Part shown: in pieces, positions 1 through 12,943 of the stretch | Numbering within the stretch: position 1 is the first letter of the stretch | How the letters are laid out: each line of letters opens with the position of its first letter | NCBI GenBank assembly: GCA_030704615.1 | Contig: CM060734.1 | Span: 23,002,001-23,066,000 of the forward strand | From: Takakia lepidozioides | Lineage: Eukaryota; Plantae; Bryophyta | Direction: 5' to 3' | Length of the DNA: 64,000 nt | The notes under the pieces: generated by a model | The model's input: only the letters and a program-made list of their open reading frames with translations | Told to the model about the DNA's origin: nothing | Database searches by the model: none | Translations under genes and position numbers: made by a program

Positions 1-562
1 GAACAGCTCCCCACACCTTGGTCGCTTTCCGGCTCGCACGCTTACTCACTAGTTTTTGGTCACCAACGGGCTTGCACCGTTCTCGGGGTTACTACTCCCT
101 ATATATACTTCTGTATGTGTCTGCGGGGGTTCCACAAGTAGCCAAGTCCAAATCTGGTGCACCACCACTTAGACCCTCGATCGTCCCTATGGTGAGCCGT
201 GGTGAGTCTTGGCCCACCCACCATGGCCCCAATGGACCATGGTGAGTCCCAAGACTCCCCACGACTCTCACCACAAGGCCTCAGCCTCATGGTGAGTCCT
301 ATGCCACCCCCGCTACGACTCCCTACGCTACCACCACCCCTCGTGGAGTCCCCACCACCGCCACCCAAATTGCGGGGCTCCACCTAGTAAGCGCCATCGC
401 CTCCTTGAGTGCCTTGGGCACTCAAGGGTGCTTCAGCCCCCTTTCCGATTTGTTGCCGCTGCCCCCACCACAGGGACAACCCCTCTTGTGTCCCGACCCC
501 CCGCCCTCAAGGCAAAGGGCCACGACAAAGTAATAACCATCGAGCAACCCTGCCATTAGCTA

Positions 563-612
563 CACTACAGCAAATGGGGGGGTTTGCGACAGCAGCCACG
601 CCCCCACGCCCC
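563..612 (+). mobile_element. CACTA (En/Spm-type) DNA transposon terminus, interrupted by Gypsy-1; subterminal part resumes at ~13899-14125
   Basis: CACTACAGCAAATGGGGGGGTTTGCGAC at 563; GCGAC/GTCGC-rich subterminal motifs continue after the LTR element; a related end CACTACTGCAAAAGGGGGGGATTAGCGA lies at 38520. Confidence 0.65.
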
Positions 613-1576
613 TGTTAGAGGACTGTCTGGGACTTAGACACTTATACGGGATCTGTAGGGTACCCTTAATTTTTGCACAGACTGAGATCAACAGGAGCCT
701 TAGGGGTGACAGCAGCGCACTGTAGAAGGGGGTTACACAGTCCATCACAGCCAACACAGCCCGTCACAGTCGTCACAACCGACACAGCCAACACAGCCCG
801 TCACAGTCGTCACAGCCGACACAGCCATCACAGCCAACACAGCCAAACACAGTCGCACGGCCAGTCACAGCCCGTCACAGTTTCACACAGCCAGTCACAT
901 CTTGACACAGCTGTCACGACCATAGGGAACGGAGAGCAGGACAGGGAACGACTGTGGGGAACAACACCTGCAAATGGAAAATGTTAGTTCACGGACGACG
1001 GTTAGTGAGGGAAACGGTTAGAGCCACGGGTAGGAAGATAAAGGGAGAAGCAAGGACTGAGAAGGGGATTATTATTCTTGGAAGCACGTCAGGGGGAGGA
1101 CTTCTTGGTCATGGATGAGAGGGGATCGGGCGGAGAGCAAGAATGGAAGCAAGCATGGAGAGCACGGTAAGGAGGAGAGATGATTAGTAGATGCTTGTTA
1201 TATACAAAGCTGTAGTGATATTGTAAAGCAGATTAGAGACACAATGGCTTCGGCCTGATACCTGATAAATCATAATCTGATACTTATACGATACAATCAC
1301 ACTGTGTAGAGAGATCTGAGTGAAGCTGTGGAATGAATGGATGAGTTGAAGGAATCCGATAGATTGATGAAGCAAACTGATACTTAATTATCAATGGTAA
1401 GGTAGCTAACATGAATGTGGAAAGGGAAACAAATAGGAAACACCCCCATGATACACTAGCTGTAGGTCATGACTGATTGTTCTGAGCGGGCTGAGTACTT
1501 AGAGATTTCCAACTCTTCTATCTTGGAGTTTCCGCCTCGGATAGCGAAGGGATGGGTGAGTAAAAGCCGCGCGACA
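613..1576 (+). repeat. 5' LTR of Gypsy-1
   Basis: TGTTAGAG...GCGCGACA, near-identical to 12944-13893; contains CACAGC-rich minisatellite at ~735-915. Confidence 0.95.
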
Positions 1577-2164
1577 TTTGGCGACCATACTGGGGAACTG
1601 AGTCATGAACAACCAGATGTGACAGACATCTGGTGGGATCATGGTGGTTGGACCATTAAAGAATTTGAAGTGAATCAAATTCCCTGTGGAACGAAGGAAG
1701 AAAGATTGTCCAAACAATTCTTTCAAAGGTTCTTGGAATTGCCAGACGGTTGTAAAGAAAATATTCTTAAGCGAGTGCATGATGCTGATCCGGAATGGGG
1801 TCTGGAGAAAGGAGTGATAAAGATTTATCAGGTAGCCTGTAGAGGAAGAGCACGTTGGTTACCAACGTTGGTTTATGTGATAGCATTGCTATCCATTAAG
1901 CGAGTAGAGTTTGAAGGCTGGGAAGAAAGAAAAGTGAATGTTTATACTCATATGCATGAAGAGCTTGTACTGGTAAAGAATTGGATTCCAAAGGATATTT
2001 TGTGGATCAAACTCACACCAAGAACAGCTTTCCAGACTTGTTTGCCATATGGTTATATGGTAACGGAGACTTCAAGTATAGCCAAGGGTGCATTGAAGCT
2101 TGAAAGAAACCCAGGCATATACGAGAGATATTACGGAAGAGAGTTTTGGTTATTGCCACATTAG
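1469..2164 (+). CDS. ORF0 of Gypsy-1, 231 aa, unknown function; starts inside the LTR and reads through the PBS
   Basis: ATG-initiated open frame; the homologous frame is present, with stops, at 21309-22004 in Gypsy-2. Confidence 0.55.
   Translation: MTDCSERAEYLEISNSSILEFPPRIAKGWVSKSRATFGDHTGELSHEQPDVTDIWWDHGGWTIKEFEVNQIPCGTKEERLSKQFFQRFLELPDGCKENILKRVHDADPEWGLEKGVIKIYQVACRGRARWLPTLVYVIALLSIKRVEFEGWEERKVNVYTHMHEELVLVKNWIPKDILWIKLTPRTAFQTCLPYGYMVTETSSIAKGALKLERNPGIYERYYGREFWLLPH
1579..1596 (+). promoter_or_regulatory. Primer-binding site, probably tRNA-Arg type
   Basis: TGGCGACCATACTGGGGA 2 nt after the LTR end; identical at 21419-21436; tRNA assignment from recalled plant tRNA-Arg 3' ends, not computed. 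Confidence 0.75.
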
Positions 2165-2186
2165 AACGAAATGAAAGACATGGGAC

Positions 2187-4476
2187 ATGAGTGATGAAAG
2201 AGAAGCTAGACGCCAAAGATATTCAGCAAAAAGAGAAAGCTATCTGAAAGCTAATTATCCATATCTTTGGGAGAGAGGAATAGACATAGGGGAATCATCT
2301 GGACCTCTCACACCATTAAGATCAAAGAGTACATCACCCATACCGGAAGAACTAGAGTTGGATGCCACTCCTTCTGTTTCTTTGCAAGAAAGATTAAGGG
2401 AATTGGTACAGGAAGAAGATCAATCACGAGGTGAAAGATTTGAGGTACATCCCTGGATAAAAGATTTGACAGAAATCGTTGATAAGAGTTGGCATGGAAC
2501 ACCAAAAGCAGGAACTCCAGTTTCTGAAGCGGAAGGTGAAGAAGGAGAAGAGGATGTGGCAGAGCAAACGGAGAGTTCAGACTCTCCAACACCATTACAG
2601 TTGAGTTACATGAGTGAAGAAGAAACCCAAGGGCAGAACTTGGAGGATAAAAACAGAGAGAAGAAATTGGAAGAGGAAGAATATGAAGAAGTAGACCCAA
2701 CAGCTGAGGTTGAGACTACAACCAGGACATCCCAACCCGTTGGACCTGGATCAAGTGGAGCACTTGGATCACAGGCCAACGAAGGTGTCGGCTCAGGGGG
2801 ATCAGGCGGGCGGCCTGGATCTGGCTCTGGGGGGACAGGGAGTGTGGGAAGTAGTGCAACTGAAGCTGGGAATACTGTGAATATCGTGGGGCCAGAAGCA
2901 GGGAGTGCTCAAGGGCCACCACTTGGTGGAAGATCCACCACAAAAACAACAAGTCCAGAAGGACCAGCACAAGCAAGGGTGCCAGCACCTGTCAGTGGGC
3001 AGAAGGTAGGGCCACAGATGGCGTTACAACCAACACGGGCAAAACCACCATTTCCAATATATTCAGGAAAAGGGGATCCCGATGTACACATTAGCCAATT
3101 TGAGCACATGTGTATAGTGAACAATGAGAATGGCGATGATGCCAAGATGAGATTGTTTCCTTGTTCACTTATCAAGAAAGCAAGTGAATGGTATGCAAGA
3201 TTCCCTGATAATCATTTCCTAACCTGGAATGGCTTGAATACAGCATTCCGAAATAGGTTCAGGACAAGTAAAACTGAGGATGAAGTGTATGGAAGTTTAC
3301 AACAGTTAAAGCAAAAGAAGCATGAAATTGTTGAGGAGTATATGGAAAAGATGGAATTGATGATGAAAAAACTGGCTGCAGTACCAGCACCAGGTTTACA
3401 GAAGACTTGGTTTGTGAGTGGACTAAGACCAAGTTGCAAAAGAAAGTGGATATGTTACCCCATAATACAGTGGAGGAGGCATTTGAAACTGCAAACAGAA
3501 TTGAGCAATTGGGAATGCTCAGGAGAGAGAAAAAGGATGATGAGGACTCTGAGGATGAGTCAGATGAAGAAGAAGAGCAGGAACTAAAAAGGAAGAGTAA
3601 GAGAAAGGAGAAGCTGAAGAGGGATAACTATGAAAAAAGATTGGAAGAAATCTTGAAGAAGTATGCCACAGAGGCTGCAACACATTGGAGGAAGGGTGTT
3701 TGGTGTGCAAAATGCCAGAATGAAGGCCACACCACTACTGAATGCCACATGAAGAGAAACACTGTACTATCTGTAAAATGGATAACCATTCTACTGAGAA
3801 TTGTTACTACAACAGAAGGACAGCTGCAAGAGAACCTAGGCAAGTAAGGGTGCATCAGGTGCAGCCCCAGCCAAGAAGAAACAATGATCAGGACCACTAT
3901 GGTAGGTCTGGTGGTTATAACAATGGCATGGAAGGGAGAGGTAATTCAAGAGGGAATTACCAAGGAAATTCCAGAGGCAACTATCAGGGTAATCCAAGGG
4001 GGAATTACCAGCCCGGGAATCAGGATTATAGAAATAATCCAAGAACAGACCAAGGGCGAGGACCCAATGGTGAAGAACTATGTTACTATTGTAATCAGCC
4101 AGGACATCGCAGGGCAGCCTGTTCATTCTGGATAAGACACCAGAATGAGATGAGAGCTCCTGTGAATGAGGGCCCAGTGGTGGCAGCTCACATGGTTAGG
4201 CCATGTGTTGTACCAGAAGTAAGTACAATGATAGTAACAAGAAGCAAAGCCAAACTAATACCCCCAGTAGTTGAGAAAGATGATGATAATGAAGATGGCA
4301 GTGATGTACCTGAAGATGATGAGGCTTGGAGAGATGAGAAAGGAACTGCACAAAGAAGTGGCAGATACCATAAGGGAAATGCAGAAGAGTACTGATATTC
4401 CTGTGACAGATTCCTCTGATTCTGATGGAGAAGAAGAAGGGAGTGAGGATGAAAGAAGAAGAAAGAAGATGCAGAC
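2187..4476 (+). pseudogene. gag: gag of Gypsy-1 (retrotransposon capsid plus CCHC zinc knuckles), split by single-base frameshifts
   Basis: YSGKGDPDVHISQF...LFPCSL...ASEWY; knuckles CAKCQNEGHTTTEC, CTICKMDNHSTENC, CYYCNQPGHRRAAC; contiguous in Gypsy-2 ORF 22696-25026. Confidence 0.9.
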
Positions 4477-7400
4477 ATGCAAAGTAATGAAGAGACTTTG
4501 GCTGAAGTAATATGCCAGACCAAAGCAGAAATTACCATTGGACAGCTATTGGCTGTGGCACCTTATTGTAGGCACAGGCTGTATCAAGCAATCAATCGAA
4601 TTGCCCAGGAGACAGGAAACACAGACCTGAACAGCAAGGTGACCAGTTATAATGTGAAGCCGGAAGGGCGAGAAACAGTCATGGACTTTGATGATTCTAT
4701 GCCAGTAATCCAATTGAGAATTGGAAGCACAGAACTAACTGATGTACTGATAGATGGAGGCTCTGGAGTAAATATCATGACAGACCAATTAAGGAAGAAG
4801 CTTGGTCTAAGTAACATGAAACCAGCCCCATTTACAGTAACAATGGCAGATCAAAAAAGTGTACAGCCATTGGGATTGATAAGAGGAGTTAAGATACAGA
4901 TACAGAAGATGATCTTTATGATCACAGTAACTGTGTTGAAGATGGATGAAGTCATGGAGGCTTACTCCTTATTATTGGGACGTCCGTGGCTGAAACAGGC
5001 CAGGGTATTCCATGACTGGAATTCTCAGTTACTAACCGTGCATAATGGGATACACGAGATACAAATTACCACAAAGAAATCTAGTAGATTACCTGCTACA
5101 AGAAGACCTCGAGGAGTCAGAGAGTATGACTGGAGAGGAGGACTGGATGAGGAGCAGGAAGCTACCCTATTTGCTGCACACCCAGAGTGGGAGCAGGTTG
5201 CAGAGATGCGGCTGAAAAGCCTAAGTTGTTTAAGAGGTATCTGCTGTGGTGTAGTGACAGCAACACCAACTGAAGAGGAAACCAGCACTTACCCATCACA
5301 TTTCTATGAAGAAAGAGAAGAAGAAGAAATGGAAATCCTAGAGGAACCAGCCACTGTGAGCTTACAGGATGAAGTGGTGACTGGTTGGACAATCACAGCT
5401 GATGAGCAGGTGAGGGAAGTGAATGTGGGAACTAAAGAGGAACCGAGGATGGTGAAAGTAGGAGCTGATTTGGAGCCGGAATTCTTTGAAGAAGCTAAAA
5501 GCTTGTTCATCAAATACAGAGATGTATTTGCTTGGAGCTATGAGGATTTAAAAGGGATACCACCTGAAGTCTGTCAGCATAAGATTGAACTGGAACCAGG
5601 GTCAGTACCAATCAAGCAGGCGAGGTACAGAATGAATCCCAACTACGCACAGAAGGTTGGAGAAGAGATCAAGAAGTTGGCTGAGGCTAAGTTTATATAT
5701 CCAATAGAGTATACAACTTGGTTGTCACCCATTGTGATAGTTCCCAAAAGAATGGTAAACTAAGAGTTTGTGTGAACTACAAGAAGCTGAATGCTTGTAC
5801 GAAGAAAGATCCTTTCCCTTTGCCATTCACAGAAGCAGTATTAGACACTGTGGCAGGCCATGAGATGTACTCATTCATGGATGGCTTCAGTGGTTATAAT
5901 CAAGTGCAAGTGGCAGAAGAAGACCAAGGAAAAACAGCTTTCATCACAGACTGGGGGGCTTATGCATACAAAGTCATGCCCTTTGGACTTTGTAATGCAC
6001 CAGCGACCTTTCAGAGAGTGATAAGTGAATCTTTTCATGAGTATCTGGATGATTTCATGCAGGTGTTCTTGGATGATTTCAGTGTGTACAGCTCTAAGAA
6101 TGAGCACTTACATAAATTGGAGTTATGTCTGGCCAGATGCAGGATGAGAGGTCTGGGCCTGAATCCAGAGAAGTGTACTTTCTGTGTGAACTCAGGGGTG
6201 CTTCTGGGACACATTGTGTGTAAGAAGGGACTTCTTGTGGATCCCAGAAAGACAGAGTCCATTAAAGCCTCTCCACCACCAGTGAATGTTAAAAGTCTAA
6301 GGAGATTCCTTGGGCAAACCAGTTATTACAGAAGATTTGTCAAAAGGTATGCACAAATAGCAGCACCATTGAGCAAGCTTCTGAAGAAAGATGCAGTGTT
6401 TGCCTGGACAGCTGAATGTCAACAGGCGTTTGAGGAACTTACCCTGTCAGTAACAACTACACCTGTGCTGATTAACCCTCACTGGCATGTAGTATTTCAT
6501 GTTCACTGCGATGCATCAGGAGAAGCGTTGGGAGCGGTGTTAGCCCAGAATGTTACAGGAAATATAGATTCACCTGTGTACTATGCTAGCAGGTTGATGA
6601 ACAGTGCTGAAAGGAACTATAGCACAACGGAAAGAGAAGCATTGGCAATGATCTATGCAGTGAAGAAATTCAGGCATTACCTGTTGGACAAGAAGTTTAT
6701 GTTCTATGTGGATCACCAGGCTCTGATATACCTGGTAAACAAACCTCTGATAAGCGGAAGAATAGCAAGATGGTTGATAATCTTGCACGAGTTTGAGTTC
6801 GAGGTTGTTTACAAGCCTGGGAGACTGCATCTTGTGGCGGATCACTTGTCACGGTTATCAACAGGAGAACCAGCCACAGGAATAGATGATCAATTACCAG
6901 ATGCGAGTCTATTTGCAGTGGAGGTGCAGGGAAGTGCAGATGACTGGTTAGATTGGCAGTGGCCAATCAGATACTACCTTGCTCATGGTCAGTGCCCACC
7001 TAGTTATGGTAAGGAGCAGAGGAAGAGAATCGCTATCAAAGCTTTACCTTATACTATGGTAGGAAGCAGAATGTATAAGCTAGGACCTGATGGAGTACTA
7101 AAACGATGCTTGTACCACCATGAAGTAAATAAAGTTTTGGAGGAAGTTCATAAAGGAGTGGCTGGAGGTCATTTTGGAGAAGAGACTACCAGTAGGAAGA
7201 TACTACTCGCAGGTTACTGGTGGCCTACTTTGTTCAAAGATGTACACGAGTATTGTCAGAGTTGTGATGAATGTCAGAGGCTAGGACCTTTGCAGAGATC
7301 TGGAAGGATGGCCTTGCATCCTACAATGCCTACGGAACCATTTCAGAAATGGGGACTAGACTTTGTTGGACCGATTAACCCACCAGCCAAGAATACACGG

Positions 7401-8673
7401 AACAGGTACATAATTACAGCCACTGATTATACTACGAAGTGGGTGGAAGCTAAAGCTTTGAGGGACAACTCAGCCAAGTCCACAGCAAGGTTCCTGTATG
7501 AGAACATACTTACACGATTTGGCTGTCCCTTAGAATTTATCAGTGATCAGGGAAGTCACTTCATGAATGAGACCATTGAGTTGTTGACTAAAGAGTTCAT
7601 GATTGTGCATAGAAAGAGTACAACATATTACCCACAGGGTAATGGGCAGGCAGAGGCTACCAACAAAATACTATGTACTATCTTGGCTAAGATAGTCAAT
7701 GCAAACAGAACGGATTGGGATACAAAGCTGCTGACAGCTTTGTGGTCATACAGGACTTCATATAAAGTCACCACTAAGTATACACCATTCCAATTAGTTT
7801 ATGGTATGGAAGCCTTACTTCCAGTGGAATTCCTGTTACCTACCATGAAACGGAGTGGGGAAAGAGAATGGAATTGCAAGATTCCATAAGGTCAGGAAAC
7901 ATGAATTATACCATGTGGAAGAAGTACGTGCTGATGCAGCTGATAATATGACCAGAATTCAGATGAAGAGAAAGGAACAGTTTGATGAAGGCAAGTTAAA
8001 GACTTTTAAGACGGGGGATTTGGTTCTATGGTTGCAGAAGAAAGGAAAGATTAAAGCTTCTAAGCTTAAATCACCCTGGAAAGGACCTTATGTCATACAA
8101 AAGATGTATGATAACAACACCGCCATGTTACAAACCATTAACAAAGAGCTGATGGGAAGAGTCAATGCCAATAAGTTGAAGGGATACAGTGGTATCCATG
8201 ACAAACCATTGCAGCATGATTTGCATGTTGAAACGCAAGAGCAGTCACGGGCTGCGCCAGTGTTACCAACGGAGTATGGAGCACTTGTCGCTAGGCCAAG
8301 CATATATGACCAGGGTGGACATAACAAGCGTGACACAGCCTATCACAGCCCATCACGACGCGACACAGTCTATCACAGCCTATCAAGGCGAAACACAGCC
8401 TATCACAGCCCATCAAGGCGAAACACAGCCTATCACAGCCCATCACGATGTGACACAGCCTATCACAGCCTATCAAGGCGAAACACAGCCTATCACAGCC
8501 CATCACAACGTGACACAGCCTATCACAGCCCAGCACGGCGCAACACAGCCTATCACAACCTACCACCGCGTGTCACAGCCTATCACAGCTTACCACAGTG
8601 CATCACATCGTACCACAATATGACACAGCCTGTCTCAGCTCAACACAGCCTACTAGGATTACACGATCCATAG
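4477..8673 (+). pseudogene. pol: pol of Gypsy-1: aspartic protease, RT, RNase H, integrase (frameshifts near 5750 and 7850)
   Basis: VLIDGGSGVN (PR); FMDGFSGYNQ and VFLDDF (RT); HCDASG...NYSTTEREAL (RH); H..GHF..CQSCDEC, GLDFVGP, SDQGSHF, GQAE and WKGPY (INT). Confidence 0.95.
8332..8650 (+). repeat. 30-bp minisatellite (ACACAGCCTATCACAGCCCATCA...) at the integrase 3' end
   Basis: About 10 copies, translating as TAYHSPSRRN repeats; only ~3 copies at 28129-28220 in Gypsy-2. Confidence 0.9.
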
Positions 8674-9147
8674 AATCAGTGACAGGTGGGCGCACAATAA
8701 CTTCAGGAAAATGGCTGACGGAAGAAAGGACGGAAACCAGTTAAAAAATGGACACGTGGAAGTCAGGGCGTGACACACAGCTGAGAAGGAAGTGCAAGAA
8801 CAGGTGTCATCAAGAAAGAAGACAAGAATGGCCGTCAAAATACCTAATCAGTGCGTCAAATTGGATGAAAGGCGGGCCCATTAATGAATACGGTAAAAAG
8901 GGGAACGGAACAAACGGCAAGTACAGAAAAGCGAAATTCTTGTCACATGTGTGATCCTAGTGGACTATCCAGCAGGGAAAGTCCACTAAAGAAAATGAAA
9001 TCTAAAATCCAGTCACAGCGGTTACAGCCAATAGAAAGCCAGAGAAAGGATCAAGAAATTGGAGGGAAATTAAGCGCAAGAGGCGGCGTCGTTCTGAGTA
9101 ACGGGCGTCTCGACGGGACAGACCATCAATGCTATAGCTTGGAAACT

Positions 9148-12100
9148 ATGGAGGAACTAACAGACTATACTCTCGCAATATTACTTACGCAGTGGCATAG
9201 ACACGAAAGAACAGAGCGGAGCTTTTCTCTTGAGCGATGCTTGCAAGCCCCGCAGGCTTACAAGAAATTACCCATAGCTTTTTGTGGCAACCATACGTTT
9301 ATGCTTTGTGCACTACAGCATTTCTGCAGTTGTTACAGCCAAAATATTTCTGTGGGTCTAAAATGAAGAGAGTGAGAGGAATGGAGGAAATCAGGGTGAA
9401 GAGCACCACAATTCTGCAGAAACAAACGATTGCTACCCCACAGGCGATACAGATACTGAAGGAGCTGAGATTGCAAGGATTGCAAAGCATAGATTAGACA
9501 TTGCACCATAGACAGTACATGTTACAATTCTTGCAGAACTTTGAGCCAAGGACAAGAACAACAACGGTGAAGGGAGTTGAATTAGTAATTACTCCCCTAT
9601 ACCTCCAGCAATTGTTTCGATTGCCAGCAGGTCAGGTGCATGTGGAGGAGCACAGGGCAAGACTGCAAATAGGGGACTTATTTCAAGAAGGGAGTTCTTT
9701 AAAACTCAGATTATGCTTGTACCAAGGTCGTGTACCCAGGGATAAAGGAGGTAGGCCAGGTATTGAACGTTCTGATTGCCATGAAACAGAACCAACAATA
9801 TTTGAGCAGATCCTTCACGGAGGAAATACTCAAAGCCCTGAAAGGACAAGAGGTAGAATGGGCGGACATAATGTACAACGCACTGGTAGAGGAGATGAAA
9901 AGATTACAAGGTACTACCGCAAAGTCTCCTGTCATAGTGTCTGGCCCAATCATTGCTCAAATAATTCTTGATTCTGGCATACTTGATGCGCAAGAAAGAA
10001 AAGAGATGGGAGTGTTTGAGCCAGAAACCACTGCAATGGAAGAGCAAGGCTCTTCACACAGTGAGGGTGGACTAGCAGGGCAACCTGAGACTAAAAGGCA
10101 GAGACGGGGAAAGACTGTAGTGGCGGATCCATTGGCTTCACGGATTCTGCATGATAATGTTTCCCAAGCTCATGTGCAGGAAGGGGCAAGCAGCACAGAG
10201 AACTGCTATTACTGGAAGCAGGACCTTCAGAGAGGGAGGAGGAAGTTACTTCAGTATCACAACCATCACAGCCAGCTGATCGGCTTGTCACAAGGTTACA
10301 AGTTGTCCATGTAGCTCAACCAGAAATAATTGATTTGGAAAAAGAAGGGTTAGATATTCCAACTACAGAACAGATAGTGGCAGAAATTGAGAAGGGGGAC
10401 CTTCTCTATGAATATTCTGGTCTGGTCAAAGAGACAGAGATTCCAGAGGTGCAACAGTTGCCCAAGGGAAATCTTGAGGTACATATAATACACACACCTG
10501 TGTCGGAGGTACCACAGGTAGAATGTCGAGACACTCCAGCACCGGTGATGGATGAAGTGGTTCAGGAAGAAAATCCGGTGGGACAATGGCCTGAGTGGTT
10601 CGTGAGACATCACACGGTTGAGGATCAGGAGGAACAGCAGCAACCTCACCATGATGACCCTCAACAGGCAATGCTGATGAGTTCCATAGGCATGACACTT
10701 AATTTGTTGGGGACTTATGTCAAATCCCATGTTCCAACTACCCAATTGACAACCTTGAGAGAGGAACTCAGGAAGGAGTTTGAGGCTCAACTAGCCACTG
10801 AGTGTGCAAACAAGGTCGATGAGGAGGTCACTCTCAAGATGCAGCAGGACTTGCAAAATACAGAAGCAGCTTTGCAATTGGCCAAGGAACAATTGATTGA
10901 GGCAGGCCTCGCGCAAGACCAGTTGCACGAAGCACATAAGCAACAGCTATACCAAATGCAGGTGCAGCATGAAAGCAAGTTGCAAGAAGTGAATGCACTA
11001 CATACGGAGTTGCAGACAGTGCATGACAGGATGGCGATACAATGTGCTACATTCACAACTATGCTTGACCAATCTACAAAAGAAATAAACAGTCAAGCGG
11101 AAAAATGTACGAAGGCAGAACAAGAGAATGTTGAGCAAATGAAACTCATTGTCGATATGAAGAATACAATCTGTCGCAATGAGGATACTTTCAAGCAATA
11201 CAGGCAGGTTGAAGCTGACCAAGAGAAGTACATCATGGAGTTGCAACAAACACTCGTGGCCAATAGAAATGAAATCTCGGTCACTAACAAGGCTTGGAGG
11301 GAAGCTAATAATCTACTTGCTGCCTATGCGAATTTGGTTGAACCTCATGCGAAGCGCATGGAGGCTTTACAACAGCAGTTAGAAGTGTACAAACTCAGAG
11401 AGGAGCACACTCTCAGAGGAACCACAAGCAATTGGTGGATAACAGCCTTATGCAGGTCTGGTTAGCACAAGGGCCAGTGGAGGGTAAAGCACCACGAAAG
11501 CTCACCCAAAGCGAGATGAATGAGCTCAGACTGCAAGTGCAGAACATTGCCACAACTACTATAGACAATGTCTATAGTAGATAGCAGAGTTACAGGAGGA
11601 TGTAACGGACTGCAGACTCAAGTGGAGGACCTCACTTCAAATATCGACAAAAGAGTCTATATCCCTCAGGAACAGCTAATGGCTTCTTATTTACAAGCCA
11701 GAACTTTGGCTTTTCAGTCTTCACAGGAGGTGCAGGAGATGCCAATGATACAAGAGCCAGTACCACCAGCACCACAACAAGTCACTGTACCAGTAGCTGA
11801 ACCTGTTGTTACTACAACCACACCACAGCCACCACAGCCTGAGGTATGGGGCAATGCTGTTTTTAACCCACCTAAAACTCCAGCTGCAAGGGAGTACAGT
11901 AGGGCTATGATTATGCCCTTCAACCAAATTCCCATCATGTTGGATTTGGCTTGGAAAGAATTTAGTCCTCCGCAGTCATTCGCACATTACTACCAAATCA
12001 TGCGTATTTGGCTGCCAGTGGCAACTAGGACTAAAGTTCTTCCGAACAATCGACATATTGAGGATCATCACTTTGCACAATACTGGCATGAGGCAAGTAC

Positions 12101-12912
12101 AATGTTGAAGGAATTAATTGCCTTCCAAGTTGTACATGGACTCATTTATACCAAGACCAAGGTAGCAAGTATTGTCATGGGATGCAGGTTATACTACGCT
12201 ACTTGTTTTCTGGTACGTTATCACATTGAGCAGCATAAGATGCAATCGCGCTTTCTGAGTTATTCCAGTGGAGATCATTGGGTCTTACCTTCAGTACCAC
12301 CTCATATGTACCTATATGAGGCAAAAGTTATGATGCAAAAGGATTCTCAAATTCGTTCATGGTTTCAAGCGGCCTGGAACAATTTGTCAACACAGAAATT
12401 CGGCATTGATGATATTTTCTATAAGGGACATGTGGCATGGAAATACTTGCACGGTGCACAAGTAATTGGTACCCCACTCACCTGGACAGACAAGGAGCTC
12501 AAGTGTCTTCACCAATTTTGCTGTTCAGCATTTACAGCAAGTTGTAAAATATAAACTTCCAGACATGGTAGGACAACATTGTATGCCCCAGAGGATTCCA
12601 CAAAAAGTTCGACAATTAAAACACCTGAGAGGCGATGAGGATTCTGATACAACTGTTTCTTCAGCGGATTCTTTTGACATGGGATAAGACTATGCAATAC
12701 AGATGGCAGAGAAGAAGCGACGGGGATCTCCTATGCCTGAAAGGTTACCTCGATATCAGCCTCCAGAGGGCCTCACTTATCCGGGTAGTGTTCAAACATC
12801 TCCGTCAACCAGTGACAGACCTCGGGCTCGTACACACAGTCCGCCACGAAACTCTCAACGTCAGAAAGGTGCTCACTCACAAGGTTTGCTAATCGCAATC
12901 AGTAAACCGTGA
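9148..12912 (+). pseudogene. Extra sense ORF3 of Gypsy-1 (~1,250 codons once frameshifts are bridged): Athila env-like/plant-transposon-protein-like N-terminus, long coiled coil, unknown C-terminal domain
   Basis: ORF pieces 9237-10314, 10335-11465, 11568-12912 are colinear with Gypsy-2 28736-32477; motif QFLQNF..T.V(K/R)GV...ITP.YLQQLF.LP; heptad E/Q/L-rich segment. Confidence 0.7.
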
Positions 12913-12926
12913 GGACACGACTTTTT

Positions 12927-12940
12927 GAGAGGGGAAGGGG
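12927..12940 (+). promoter_or_regulatory. Polypurine tract of Gypsy-1
   Basis: GAGAGGGGAAGGGG 3 nt before the 3' LTR. Confidence 0.9.
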
Positions 12941-12943
12941 TAA

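Noticed and set aside
1-560. Pro/Gly-rich short ORFs
   Set aside because: GC-rich low-complexity sequence with short CCATGGTGAGTC-type repeats; no domain support
673-987. His/Ser/Thr-rich ORFs in LTRs (also 13004, 20458, 32516)
   Set aside because: Translation of the CACAGC minisatellite; length varies between LTRs
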